From assembly GCA_000708835.1 (NCBI GenBank), contig DF237150.1:84685-148684 (forward strand): DNA of 64,000 bases, read 5' to 3'. The DNA is from Klebsormidium nitens (Eukaryota; Plantae; Klebsormidiophyceae). Under the pieces are notes generated by a model. That model did not search any database. It was not told the DNA's origin and saw only the letters and a list, made by a program, of their open reading frames with translations. Shown piece after piece: positions 11,301 through 28,860 of the stretch; within the stretch, counting starts at the first letter, position 1, and each line of letters opens with the position of its first letter. The translations under genes and the position numbers were made by a program.

Positions 11301-13879
11301 CGGAATCTCGGATTGGATAAGTGAAATGGAAGGGACGAGGTGCTCCCCTTTTTACGGGGAGCAGCAGGGACCCAGCCAAGTGACTAGTTAACCTTTCCAT
11401 AGAATTTGGCAGCGAGACATGAAGGGGGATCTGCACGCGCGGACTTTGCTAACGGCCCCAAGGAGAAAAGCAGAGTAAACGACATAATTGAAGAGAGCGG
11501 TTCCGCCGGATGTGGAGTACATGAGTTGTTGGGCCTTCAGAGACTATCTGCCACCATAGTCCACCTGGTAACGAGGCCTCTATATCAGATGGATGACAGG
11601 ACAGGGCTCAGTGCAGGCGCAGGAAAATGTCAGTCCTCTCTGAACTGCCATATCAAGACAGTAAACCTGCTCAATACGAAACAAGGGGGACCTGTTTGCC
11701 TGATCCAACCGCACTCAACAGGGTTCCATACTGGACGTCAACTCCAGCAAAAATGCGGGACTCCGGCGCAGAGTGCAAAAATCTTCTCATGACTTCCGGG
11801 TCATGGTACACCAAAAGAACAATCCAACTCTTCCGCACCTTTCTGATAGGCTCCTCTGGCCGCCCCGTTGCGCAATCAATGACGGTGTGGATACCGACCA
11901 GGGCCGCCGGCAGGCTCTCGGGCTTTGTAAGGTCGCCCTGTAAAACACGGCCAAGCTCGTCAGTCCAATTTTCGCTCCTGACTTGTGCGCGAGGAAGCAA
12001 TGTAGCTTGCAGTCGCATCGAATTGACTATCATGAAGTTCAGTAGAAAGGGACCACCCGGGCCTGATCACTTTTCTCCAAAAGGAGAAGCGCAAATGAAG
12101 CCGTGAACATTGTTACAAAGCCTCAAGGCAAATGTGAGCCGCATGTTTGGCCAGCCGGTCATGTCCAGGTCTGCTTCTCCTTTGCAGCATTTGACACCGT
12201 CCATTTTGGAAGCAAGCTGCTGGAGCTGACTGATGCAGCAACCTCCAGGTTACCGCCCCTTGACAAACTTCCTCTTAACCCCAAGGTCTGCACAGGGCTT
12301 ATCAGGCCCAGGTTAACAGAAGAGCGTGCTTGAATGCCTTCAATGACTATGATCGTAAACTAGACACAATTTGATAACTGCCCTGCACAGAAACCAATGA
12401 ATATACCAGTAAGCTTTTGCCAGAGTGAGCTTCTTACCTGCACCGTCGTTGCCCCCCACTCCCTGAGGAACTCTGCAGACACCGGCCTGGGCCGCACAAG
12501 GCACCTGACATCGTAGCCCTCGTCGAGCGCCCTCCGAACAATCTGCCGCCCCAAGGTGCCGGTGGCACCAACAACTAGGATGCTCGTGTTTCTGACCGGA
12601 GTGCCGGACATGACAGCAGCAGTGGAAGCGGCTGCGCATTGAACTGCACAAGCGACGACGTTCTTAGATTAGGTCGGTGAGTGGCAGCAACATCTGCCCT
12701 AAGAAATGTGCACGTGCGAAGAGTCTGTTTAACGGTCGCGATAGCAAGAATGCCACCACTGCTAATATTCACTGTTGAACTAGGGCCGTGATCCAGTTCG
12801 TGTCTTGCCAAAGGGGTCTAAGACAATTCCAGAGCTTGTACCTAGTCACTTTACAGTGGGTGCTATTTGGACAGAGATGCAACGAACCCTAGATGGAAGC
12901 GTGGACAGCTTTTCAGAGCATCAAGCATGATTTCCCCAAGACTTTATGATACTTTGATCTATAGAAGATCACCGACCCTGACCAAAGCCTCGCCCTGCCT
13001 AAAACGGAGCCGCCTGTGCAGTAAGTAAGCAAGCTCCACTGCATTGCGACGCTTTCGATTTGCGCTTGCACTTAACAAGGTCTGAGAAGCTCAGAGAGAG
13101 CAAAGAAAAAGCAGAACCAGTGAAAATCCTGCCGAGGGACAGCAGTTATGGCCAACTTTGCCAACTTGAAGGACTTGTTCAGAAGCTTGCTGGCAGCTGA
13201 ATAGTGGAACAGAGTGCAGATCCGAATGGTCACAGAGAACCAAGTTGCCAATGCAGCATGCTCAGTCAAACACTCCATCAACTTCCAGCTCAATCTTCAC
13301 ATCTTACTGGACGGGATGCAGGTTTGGATGTCACTTCAGATTTTCATGAGCAATACAAAACCATATGGATAAGAGTGTCAGGTGCTTTTCCTCTCAACCA
13401 GCAGTTCAACTGGATGCTGCTAGACCACTTCCACTTCAAAGTTCAAACACCGGAAAGCAAACCCTCACAATGCAGGTCAGATCCCAAAGTCTCATTCTCA
13501 CACCCTCTTTGCCTTGCATCCATTCAGTGTTGGAGCTACCAATAACTGAAGCTGGTAGCGAGTCGCATACTCTTCTCAAAATACAGCATTCTTCGAAGAC
13601 CGGGTAAATTCAAGCAGATACCTTCCGCTGGAGCTCACCTTTCCTAGCGTCGCTCACTTTTCCCACTCGTGCTTGTTGAGGCACTGCCATATCATTCCTA
13701 AACTGGCCATGCTTAGCAGCGGGAGCCCCCAAGAAGGCACTCCGGCCAACCGCCTCTGATTTAACAGGCTTCGGCAGGGCGGCAAAACTTTCCTGGTGCC
13801 TTGTTGTGCGCTGCGAAGTTAGGCCAAGGCTTGCTCCCGTTTGCAGCGAGCATCTGCACGCATGCATTGTCGCGGCCAT
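8372..13879 (-). CDS. HCF244: HCF244/Ycf39 atypical short-chain dehydrogenase (NmrA-like), photosystem II D1 biogenesis factor, chloroplast precursor
   Basis: Exons: 13879-13639 (transit peptide [11 protein letters not shown]...), 12643-12438 ([41 protein letters not shown]), 11937-11839 ([30 protein letters not shown]), 11287-11093 ([41 protein letters not shown]...LCGFMQ), 10538-10446, 10203-10108 ([10 protein letters not shown]), 9602-9462 ([14 protein letters not shown]), 8770-8679 ([15 protein letters not shown]), 8456-8372 ([27 protein letters not shown]). The product is collinear with Arabidopsis HCF244 as I recall it. Confidence 0.95.
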
Positions 13880-19528
<5,649 letters not shown>

Positions 19529-20696
19529 AGCTTCGAGCTTAGGTACTTGTGGGTGTACAAAAGTAGGCCAACATGACTTCATAATGCATATTTTGCAGAT
19601 TTAACGAGTTGCGATTTGTGCTACACAAGGAAAGCGGATTTCCAACACTTCTTATAAAGATGCCTTCACATTTTCGCCTCAACGGTTTTGATGGCAAGGT
19701 AACAAGCACACAAACTCGAGGCAACAAGCACAAAGTTGATGCTCGTGTTGAGTATTTTGCGTTTATAAGTTTCTTGATGGTGATTGGGTTTATCCGATAG
19801 ATACAAGCATTGGAATACATGGTGTTGCGGCGATATGCTCAATTAGCGCCATGATTTTTAGGTTTGTGGTTCCTATGGAATTGATCTTTTGTTGGGTTGT
19901 TGTGCAACATAATCATTGAATGTCGCGACTCACTGCTTTCACATGCAATCGTATATCTTTACCAAACTTGCATGCTATACTGTAGCTATTGTTCTGATGC
20001 ATTATAACATAAAGGCCAGCATGTAGGAGCGTGTACTACCTATATAAGATTGACTGACGTACCATTTTGAACTGTGCTACGTATGCGATGCGGAGTTTCT
20101 CGTGGTAACTTCTCAATCATAAACGCCCTTAAAGACACATCAAGCCATGAAGCCAATCCCCATCAAACCTACGTTTGTTCGTTAACACTAACAGCTTGTC
20201 AGAGCTTGCTATGCGACGACAAAGGGATGCTGATTTCATAGAGCTTCCACTTGCATGCATGCTTGGTTCTTGTCTCAAGTTCGACAAGTTTGTAACACTC
20301 GCGCTATCCCACTCCACATGCAAAACAAGATTCGGACATGCATGTGCCTAGTGCCAACTCATTGTACCTCTTCGGAGCGTGGCTAGACGGTAGGGAACTC
20401 TGGAATATTGACCATTGCGGCAGCATGCCAGCTTGCAACGACATGAATGACATCAGTGGTACAGCTTCATCCGACAGGAGTACGTACCTACCTTACCTGG
20501 CGGCTTCAAGAACAAGTATTCACCATAATACTATGGTGATTTCAAACCTGGTGGCCCGTGGGGCTGTCTAAGACGAATCTCGTTGCATGACGCAATCAGC
20601 TTCGAAATGACGAAATGGTGATGAAAAAGAGAAAAGCAGGAAGCTTTCATGTCACTGTCGTCTTTATAGAAGCTAGAGGTGCAATTTGCAAAAGGT

Positions 20697-20769
20697 TTCC
20701 GTTGCCGGGATTTGAACCCGGGTCGCGCGGGTGAGAGCCGCGTATCCTAACCGACTAGACTACAACGGA
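20697..20769 (-). tRNA. tRNA-Glu (anticodon CTC)
   Basis: The reverse complement TCCGTTGTAGTCTAGTCGGTTAGGATACGCGGCTCTCACCCGCGCGACCCGGGTTCAAATCCCGGCAACGGAA folds into a full cloverleaf (acceptor TCCGTTG/CAACGGA, loop CT-CTC-AC). It has an upstream TATA-like stretch and a downstream TTTT, as typical of plant nuclear tRNA genes. Confidence 0.96.
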
Positions 20770-20991
20770 TGGATGTGATTGTTGCCGTTTCACTAAATAT
20801 ATATTCAATTAATACTCAATGTCAGTTGCTTTATAGTGTGTCTGCCAGGCCTGGGCCCTGACCATGCAAATGTAGGTACGACCTTAGCCTTAGGCCTGGT
20901 AGGGGCGCCAGCACGTTTCAAAGGCATGCAAGGTCCTTTGCAAGAGGGCCTGTGACGGCAACACAGCCTCAGGTTCAGCCTACACTCCACC

Positions 20992-23900
20992 ATGTCTCGA
21001 GGATTGCAGGCAAGGATGGCTACGTCTGCCAGCATTTCCTTTTCTGCAGGGCTTTACGATCCCCCAGACGCTGTGCGCGATGGCCTGCATGCGGCGGAAG
21101 GGGACACCTTTGATCTCAATCTTCTCAGAACAAAGTCCGTGAATCCCACACCGCTAAAAAGAAAATCCTCAGAAGACGTGAGCCGCCTTGATAGGTTGCT
21201 GCACAGGAGGGTCAGCCTGGGGGGCAAGTGTCAGGGCTTGCATCTAGACCCGGAGACAGAGCAGAAAGCGATGACGATAGGGAACAAAATTGCTCATGCA
21301 GCTGCAGAAACTTACTTGATCACACGGCTGGCCTTCATTCTGTTGAGATCTTTTGGGTGAGTGGTGAAGAGCCCCTTGATCAGTTGCAAGTTCTTTGCTG
21401 ACTAGGCGGTGTTCTGCAGTGTGGCAGCTTTGAACCTGCATGTGTGCTCCGCTTGTGGTCTTGTTTTGTTGCGGCGCTCCTCAGCCTATTATTTGAAAGT
21501 TACTTTGTTCAGAGTGATCAGATCAAGTTTAGAAAGAACGTTAAGTCTCTTTCTATTGCCTCCGTCTTGCTTTTCTTCATTTGGATCCCTTTTTGCCCAC
21601 TCTTTGATCTCCAAGTTTTGGATCCTTTTAAGCCTTAGACCTGCTTGCTTCAGAATGCTCACCACCCTGCATCGATGGGAACTGAGTATGCCCCAATTAC
21701 TGCCCCTAAAAGGGGCTGTGAGGCACCTTTCAATTGAGATTTCTGGAGATGACGCCCAATCCAAAGCCCGACTTCTGTGGCTTACCTTTGTATGTACAGG
21801 GTAGATCATATCTGGCCCTGTTAGATAATCGTAGAATGATTGTGGGTCAATATGGATCAGAGCAGACCCTCGTTGTACTGCTTTTGCGGGCTGCAATTCC
21901 AGAATATGATGGGACGCTCAAAGGAAACAGTCATCTGAACAAAGAACAATGCTCACATGCAACGAAAGGTGCGTTAGGTGAGAGCTTCATTGTCTTCTTA
22001 CAGGGTTGGCTACCAGTGGATACAGAAGGCGATCTTCCTCGTTATCTATGCTGCGCTTCTGGCCCCAGGCTTCGCACAAGGTCAGGCTGCCCCTCGCTGC
22101 ATCCTGGGATGATCAGGCTCTGGAAATCGCACTAGTGCCTTCACATGAAAGAGTTTTGTTCCTTGATGTACAAGCACTGACGCCTTAGCCGGTGTTTGTG
22201 GCATGGTTCATCTCAAAGCGCATCTGCAAAGCGTCATGATAAAATAGTTTTGGATACACTGAAGCAGAAATACTTCTTGTTCCCAGTTGCTCTTCAGTGG
22301 TCGAATCCGTTTGGAATGGCATGGTAGACATCAGAGTTTCAGGATGAAAGACCTGGCGCTTTTGTACTGCTCATGTTGCGTGGCCCCCGGGGCTTACTGG
22401 AAAACGAAATGACCAGAAAACGAAGGCGGATCTTACAAGTCGTTCTCCATTCTTGCCTTGCTTCTTCCAGTTGGGTGGTACTACTTTCAATCGCCTCGTG
22501 TCTGGCGGAGCGTTGTGTACGGGCCACACCCACGAAACAGGCTTGACCTTTACTTTCCGGAGGATAGGACCAAGCCGCGACCAGTGGTCATCTTCATAAC
22601 TGGAGGCGCATGGATTATCGGGTAAGCTGCCTACCATTGAGATCTGCTTGAGTACGGATCCTGCCATTCCGTAAAACAGTTGAACTTTGAAGGAAAGGTG
22701 TCGACAGCCGTTCTTGTTTCCATTCCCTGAGTGCAAAATCGTTTAGGACCCTTCAGGACAGTCTCTCATGTTCGGCCCTGAGAAAGGGTCAGGCAGGAAA
22801 GAATGATGACGTAAGCCTCCAAGCAGTCTGTGAAGTCTTCACGCCTGTGTTGGTGGGAAGGCTGCTAAATAAAACCGGAGCGGATGATTGAGGTTCGTCT
22901 TTCCAGTCCCATGTTTGCTGCATACGACTGAGACACCCTTACAGCCAATGCGTTTCGAGACAGGAGACTGCTGCTCAAAGGCCTTATTTCAAAATAGCGT
23001 TCCCTTCTTTCCTAAACAAAAGAAAGTTAGCCAGGTATACTTAGGCCTTACTCAAAGGACTACGTCCACGGTGCAGGTACAAAGCGTGGGGGGCGTTGCT
23101 GGGCCAATCCTTGTCCGCACGAGGGGTGATCGTCGCCTGCCTAGACTATCGGTGAGTCACGCCCCAAGTCTATGTGGTTCAGATTTCGTGGGAAGAGGGT
23201 GCGGACGTTGAAGTGGCTCGTTATTCCAGAAAACTTCTCGACTTGATCCTAATTACTCATAACGAAAATCGTATGACGGTTCACTCCAAAATCAGAGCCG
23301 CATCTGGCCGGTAGACTGCGTCCACAGTCAAAGCTGTTGCTGCATTTTGAGCGCGTGAGATGAGCATTACCTGAGCGTCTCCAGGAATTCTTGTCAAAGC
23401 GAACATTTCACTCTGCGAGCATTTCACTTTGCGAAAGAAACGGCCTCTGCTTTCGGCAGACAAAAGACCGGACGGTCGTGTAGCAGGACGCTCGATTTCA
23501 ACCGCGATCCTGAGCCGCCGAACAGTCTGTGAGGCAAATTATCTTCAAAGTCCCCCCCTGCGTTTGCAGGAACTTTCCGCAGGGAACGGTGATTGATATG
23601 CTGCTCGACGTCAGCAACGGCATCAGCTGGGTGCTGGAGAAGGCCAACGAGCTCGGGGGAGATCCACAGTCGTGAGCCTCTCAGCTTTGGATATTCGCAC
23701 TCTTCGTTCTGTTCTTCCGAACGGCCCAGACATCTGTTTTCTTGCATCCAGTGAATGCCGTTCTTGTCATTCTTTCGACATTCGTCGATGCTAGTGCTTC
23801 CGATGTAGACGCGTCGCCTCGGCGGAAGAATCATACACTTTTATCTCTTGAGATTGAAGTCACGTTGATTTGCATGGGTGCGGGAATGCGTAGTTAGTCG

Positions 23901-26900
23901 GCGGCGTTCGTATGCGCTTTCGTACCAATCAGCGGAGGTAGGTTCTTTCTCTGTTCAACTGCAATCTTCTCTTACGCTTGAATTTGTCCTTGCGCTTATG
24001 GCCTCTTTACAGCGAGCTTAACTTTTGGATGCCCCCTCGCGCCTATGCGTTCTCTGATTCCTTTGGTCGCCACTTGTGGCTTTTCGCTGTGGACTGGACA
24101 AAGGGACGCGGCGCGCTCCCGCGCAGCTCTTCTCAGAAGGTCAAGTGACTCCTCGCATGCAAAAACGGAACTCACAGAGTCTTCCACATCTTAGTAGGTC
24201 AATCAAAACAAAAAAAATTCATAGAATTTTGCACTTTGCGGCAGGGTCGTATTGGTGGGCCAGTCGGCTGGCGCGCACCTCGGTTCGCTCGCGCTCCTGA
24301 AGCACGCCATCAAAGAGGCGAACGGGCTGGAGCGGCTGAACTGGAGCCTGAAGCAGATTCGGGCCTTCGTCGGCGTTTCCGGTGGGTAAGAGCCCAAAGC
24401 GCCTTTGCCCAGCTTCTTCAAAGAAGGCCTTGAGTTTCGACGCTCGGGAGATGCACACTCAGCGAGTCTGAGTCTTTTTGGACGGATTGGATCGGAACGG
24501 CCAATTGGGACCCCCTGCACCTTCGATCAGTTTTGAAGGACGTGCATGTCCTATGCCCACTTTAAGCCCACTGTGAGTACTCTTATTCCGGTGTTCCAGC
24601 ATGTGAAGTGCTCTGTTGCGTGTGAAGTGCTCTTCTGAAGTTTGCAGGGCTTGGCGAAAAGCGGTCTAGAGTCGGCCGTTCAGAGCCTCCTTTCAAGTGC
24701 TTCGAGAAATGCTTTCCTTATGGTTTGAACCAGCCGTTTGCGGATTCCGCCCCCTTCTGCTGTGGCCAATTGCAGGGACGGTTTGTAGAGGGTCTCGCAG
24801 GAGTTCGAATTTGCGTCCAGAGGTTGCAGGTATTTGACTAGGCTCGTTCGTCTGATAGTTTAGCTTTGTGGTTGATGGATCCACTTAGGTCGCTGCACAG
24901 CAGCTTCGAGAGAGTACAGATTTCTTACGATGTACGTTTGTCGGTGCAGGTACAATCTGCACGAGTTGATGGACCACTTCCACGAACAAGGGTTGTATCG
25001 CTCAATCTTTGAAAAGTGAGGGCTCTCTCCCGACATGGGACTCTTGCGCAATCCCTATTGCAGTGCGTGTCACGTGCGCTTCTGCGTGCTGCATGATTTC
25101 AGAGCCCGTAAGCACTCCACCGTCGAACAAAGTGAACGTGCTTACCGTCAGAAGCCCTTGCCTATGATTGTGAAATTTATGCGATCTTGAACGCATGGAA
25201 TTAAAACACGTGTCATGTTCCGCCAGGATCATGGACGGGAAGGAGGTCATGCCCTTTTTTTCGCCGGAGGCAATCCTTGAGTCAAAGGCTTTTGCCGGGA
25301 GCGAAAACGCAGCCAAGCTGGTGCCCCCTGTGACACTGCTGCATGGGACGCGCGACAAGTCCATACCTCACCAAGCAAGGTGCCGCTTTCTTCCTTCTTA
25401 AAGCCCACTTAGTATAGCTAATTCTTTCCTTAAGTAGTGAGCGTTAAGCGTTCTCTACATGCATTTGGTGTTGGTACACGTGATTAAATTAACCGGAGAG
25501 CAAGACACAGTCAGCTGGCTGTTTTGCTAGCATCCGACAGTGGTTGGATCCCGCTGTACAGTCGCATCCATGTCTTGCACTTGTTCGTGCTGGTTGATCC
25601 ATGCTCAAATGACCACGATTATGTTTTAGGCTTGTTGCGGCGTTTGGCCGGACGGGGGAAGAAGAGGTCGACTTTCTGGTTGGCTTGAGCTGTAAGCAGT
25701 CCGGATATGCCTGCAAGTTTGACACCACGGTCGCTCGTCCGCGTTTGAGGATTTATTCACAAAGATCTGTTGCCTTGCAGCGAGCGCTTTGCTGAGAAGC
25801 TGAAGAAGCATGGGATTGCAGCAACCACGCGCATCTTCGTTGGCAAGTCGCACACTGACCCAATCATCCAGGTTTGTTGTAACACTCGCTTTTCTCCTTC
25901 AATCTTGCTTCATCTATCTTTTTTCCTTTTTCCTGATTCTTTGTTTGTCATCTCTGTGTACTGCTGACCTTTCTTCCTCGATCTGTCGAGCATCTGCTGT
26001 TTGATTGGTTCTAGCCGTCGAATGTTGTCAGCAATTCCTTGTTTCACTAATGTGTTGACCTTCTGCGGAGAGGTTCAATCTCTCTAAGACTTCCTCAATG
26101 CGTCTTGCGACGGTGAGCCGTCTTTTCAGGAGTCAAGCAGCATTTCTCTCTCCTACACACTGTTGTTCGTTCCGAAATCCACGGGCAAGCGGCTGTGTAA
26201 GTAGGAGTTGCCATTCACCCATGGCTCACTCTTGGTGTATTGCTCCAGACTGCTGCTCACACAAATCAATTGTCAGCGGGGCAATTTTCAGCGGGGCAGA
26301 TTGCTATTTCTATGACACTGTGACGGCGCCAGATCGAAGGTGTTAAAGTGGGCGTCGGGGTATAAAACCGGTATTTTTCAGACCAAATCGGGTTTCGGCC
26401 GAGTCGCTGTAGCTCAGGTGGCTAGCGCGCTCGCCTAGACTTGGCCAAAAAGTCCGAGGTCCCGCGTTCGAACCACAGAATTGCTACTTTGCTTCTTCTT
26501 TTTTGCCGCACCCAGCTATTTAGGCATGCTTTTGGGGCCCTACCGGGCACCTGATTTGAGCCCAGACAGGCCATCCGACGATCTCAGATTGTTCAAGGAA
26601 ATATGGGGCTGATCGAACGGCTAGATTCACAATTATTTTGACTGTACCGGGCAAAGCATTCCGTGACGTCATACAGCCTCGGCGGTACCTCTAGCTCCCA
26701 AAGTACCGTACCTACGCACCCCGGTACGCTGACGACTTTCTGATGTCACTAGCAATCGCGACCGTTCGATGGATGGGGCACCGATCGAGCCGATGGAATC
26801 CTGGGCGTACGATCAAAACGGGACCCGCGGGTCCCACGCCCACTTTAAGCTTACGCATCAACCCATCGAGCTCGTATGCTGTCTACACATGCCCCCGGGC

Positions 26901-27250
26901 CCTGACGTTTTGTCAAGTAAAATCTTCGTCATCTTGTCCGGAACAATTGCGCCAGTTTAATGGTTCGTTCTTTGTCTAGGATTATGCGTCCGTCAAATAG
27001 ATTTGCGCCTCAATCAGCGAGAGGAATTCTGGACTTTATTGACTTTCGACATCATCATTTCTTCTCAACCCCAACGTGTGTGCCCGTGCAGGACCCATTG
27101 CGCGGCGGTAAAGACGATCTCATGGAGGCAGTCCTGGCCGTTCTCTATGAAGGCATCGATGAAGGCGGGTGGCCAGCGGCACGTCCAGCCAGACGACGGA
27201 TGGTGCCCGAGCCGTTAATTGCTCTCGCAGGGAGAGCATGCCCCTTTTAA
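20992..27250 (+). CDS. ICME: Isoprenylcysteine alpha-carbonyl methylesterase (ICME/PCME-like alpha/beta hydrolase)
   Basis: Approximate exons: 20992 or 21050-21356 ([12 protein letters not shown]), 22004-22080 (VGYQWI), 22471-22621 (RNRLDLY...[11 protein letters not shown]), 23077-23151 (YKAWGALLG...ACLDYR), 23570-23671 (NFPQGT), 24245-24385 (catalytic GQSAG), 24950-25015, 25227-25379 (LLHGTRD), 25781-25870 (GKSHTD), 27092-27250 (DPLRGGKDD...RACPF*). The start codon is uncertain. Confidence 0.9.
26403..26504 (+). ncRNA. tRNA-like RNA polymerase III element (tRNA pseudogene or SINE head) inside the last ICME intron
   Basis: It has an A-box TAGCTCAGGTGG, a B-box GTTCGAACC, an upstream TATAAAA at 26361-26367 and a downstream TTTTTT at 26499-26504. 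The acceptor stem cannot form and the T-stem has two mismatches, so it is not a functional tRNA. Confidence 0.6.
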
Positions 27251-27864
27251 AGAGGGCCGGCCACATGTCTTGCACTGTACACAAGCATAGGCTATCACGC
27301 ACGCAAATATTAGCACGCATGCACTGCATAAACATTAAGTAGCCGCCAGGTTGAAGCACTATCCGTTGAATACTTCGACGGTGAAAGAATTCGGTAAAAG
27401 TAATAAGCAGAATCATTACAAGTAGCTCGGGTTGCTCCGAAGAAGTAATGATCAGTTCCGGAAGTTTGTAAGAGCTGATCTGAGCCGACGCAAAGTAGGT
27501 ACCGATAAAGAGAGACTGTCAAATCAGCTCGAGCTGCCGCAAGCCAGGAACCAACATTTTCGTAGACCATGGCGCATGTTGACATGGTCAAATATGGAAA
27601 AAAGTACAGATATCGAATCCATACAAGGTTTGGACAGGATGACAATCGTTCCGCAGCCTATACAATTGAACAATCTTCAATGAGAAGGTCGAGCCGTACC
27701 TCATATGCCATCAGGTTGTTCCGCAATGTACGTTGTGCTGCGTGAACTTTGCACTGCAAAAAGGTTAGTACGAGCACTTCCACCGAGAAGCTGGGATAAG
27801 CTATAGCGCGACCATGGATCAAATTCAAGAATAACAGTAAGCCGAGATAGTAATATGGTAACCG

Positions 27865-27930
27865 TAGGGTTAGTTTGGGGGTTAGGGTGGGTACGGGTGC
27901 GGAGCGGGTGTCTTCCTGGGTTAGGGCTTT
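27865..27930 (+). repeat. Degenerate TTAGGG-like (telomere/telo-box-like) G-rich cluster
   Basis: The sequence reads tagggttag...gggggttagggtggg...gggttagggcttttagtgttag. Confidence 0.45.
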
Positions 27931-28860
27931 TAGTGTTAGTCGGAGCTTATTATTATCTTGGCTTACTTTTCGGTACTTAAAAGTTAAAGGTATCTTTCTT
28001 GAGTTTCATCCTAGTTTCATCCGCCATGGGGGCCCTTTGGTGTGCCCACGTGCATTTACACGCTGTCGTCCCGGACAGGGGTCCGAGATCATTCCACGAC
28101 CAAGGCTTGCCCGAGCCCCGTGGTCCACGTGCTTTGAGTAATCGACGGTCCGGATATATCTGGATTATGTGGATGTAATGATGGCTGTTCGTGACCATCC
28201 GTACGCAGTCATCATATCAGGAATCCCCCTTCCTTCTTTGGAATGATGGCACCAGTTCCAATCCCATTCTTGCTGCATTGGGGGCGCCAAAAGAAGTTGC
28301 CAGGGAAGCTGTGCAATGTGGACGTAAAATAGGGGGAAAGCAGCTGTTCAGGTCAATTGGATGCAAGCTGCATGGAGCTCTAGCAGTGGCATTGCTGTCG
28401 CGGCGCGCTTTTGATTCGGCAGCGGTACGAGCGAACACCAGCTTCTTAGTTGTTTCGTTTGAGGGGGTTGCATCAGAGTTTATTGGCAGGCTGTCACGGC
28501 TTAAGAGTGTCAGAGCTTCCTGTATTGAAAATCTGAACCACTTTCGGATTAAGGTTTGGCAGCATTCTGGGTTGCCCCTTTCAAGATCCACGTACTTTCA
28601 CTGTGGCCAGAAGCATAACCGACAGGAAGGTCTGGCAGTGATTCGGACTGAGAGGAATGCAAGGAGACCGGTGGCATTGCTGCTGTGTATCAGCAGAAGT
28701 TCTTATCAATTGCCCCAATTGCTGGTCTTGAAAGACTTGGAGATCTTCAGTAGGGTTTCTCAGTGCCGACATTGAAATTACTTTTGAGCTGGCAGACCTA
28801 CTGTAGCATTTCCATCACGGCAGTCAGATACTGTCTCTCTACTCAGAGTCCTCTCGAGTG

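Noticed and set aside
13100-13550. Possible extra transit-peptide exons in HCF244 intron 1 ([14 protein letters not shown]; [14 protein letters not shown]...)
   Set aside because: Exon 1 already joins exon 2 in phase, and the second candidate lacks a phase-compatible donor. They cannot be supported without cDNA.
26403-26490. Functional intron-containing tRNA
   Set aside because: The acceptor stem is unpaired and the T-stem is mismatched, so it is reported only as a tRNA-like element.
28191-28775. 194-aa plus-strand ORF upstream of the SnoaL-like gene
   Set aside because: It has no ATG start (alternative initiation codon), no recognizable domain and no phase-supported splicing. It is probably UTR or promoter sequence.
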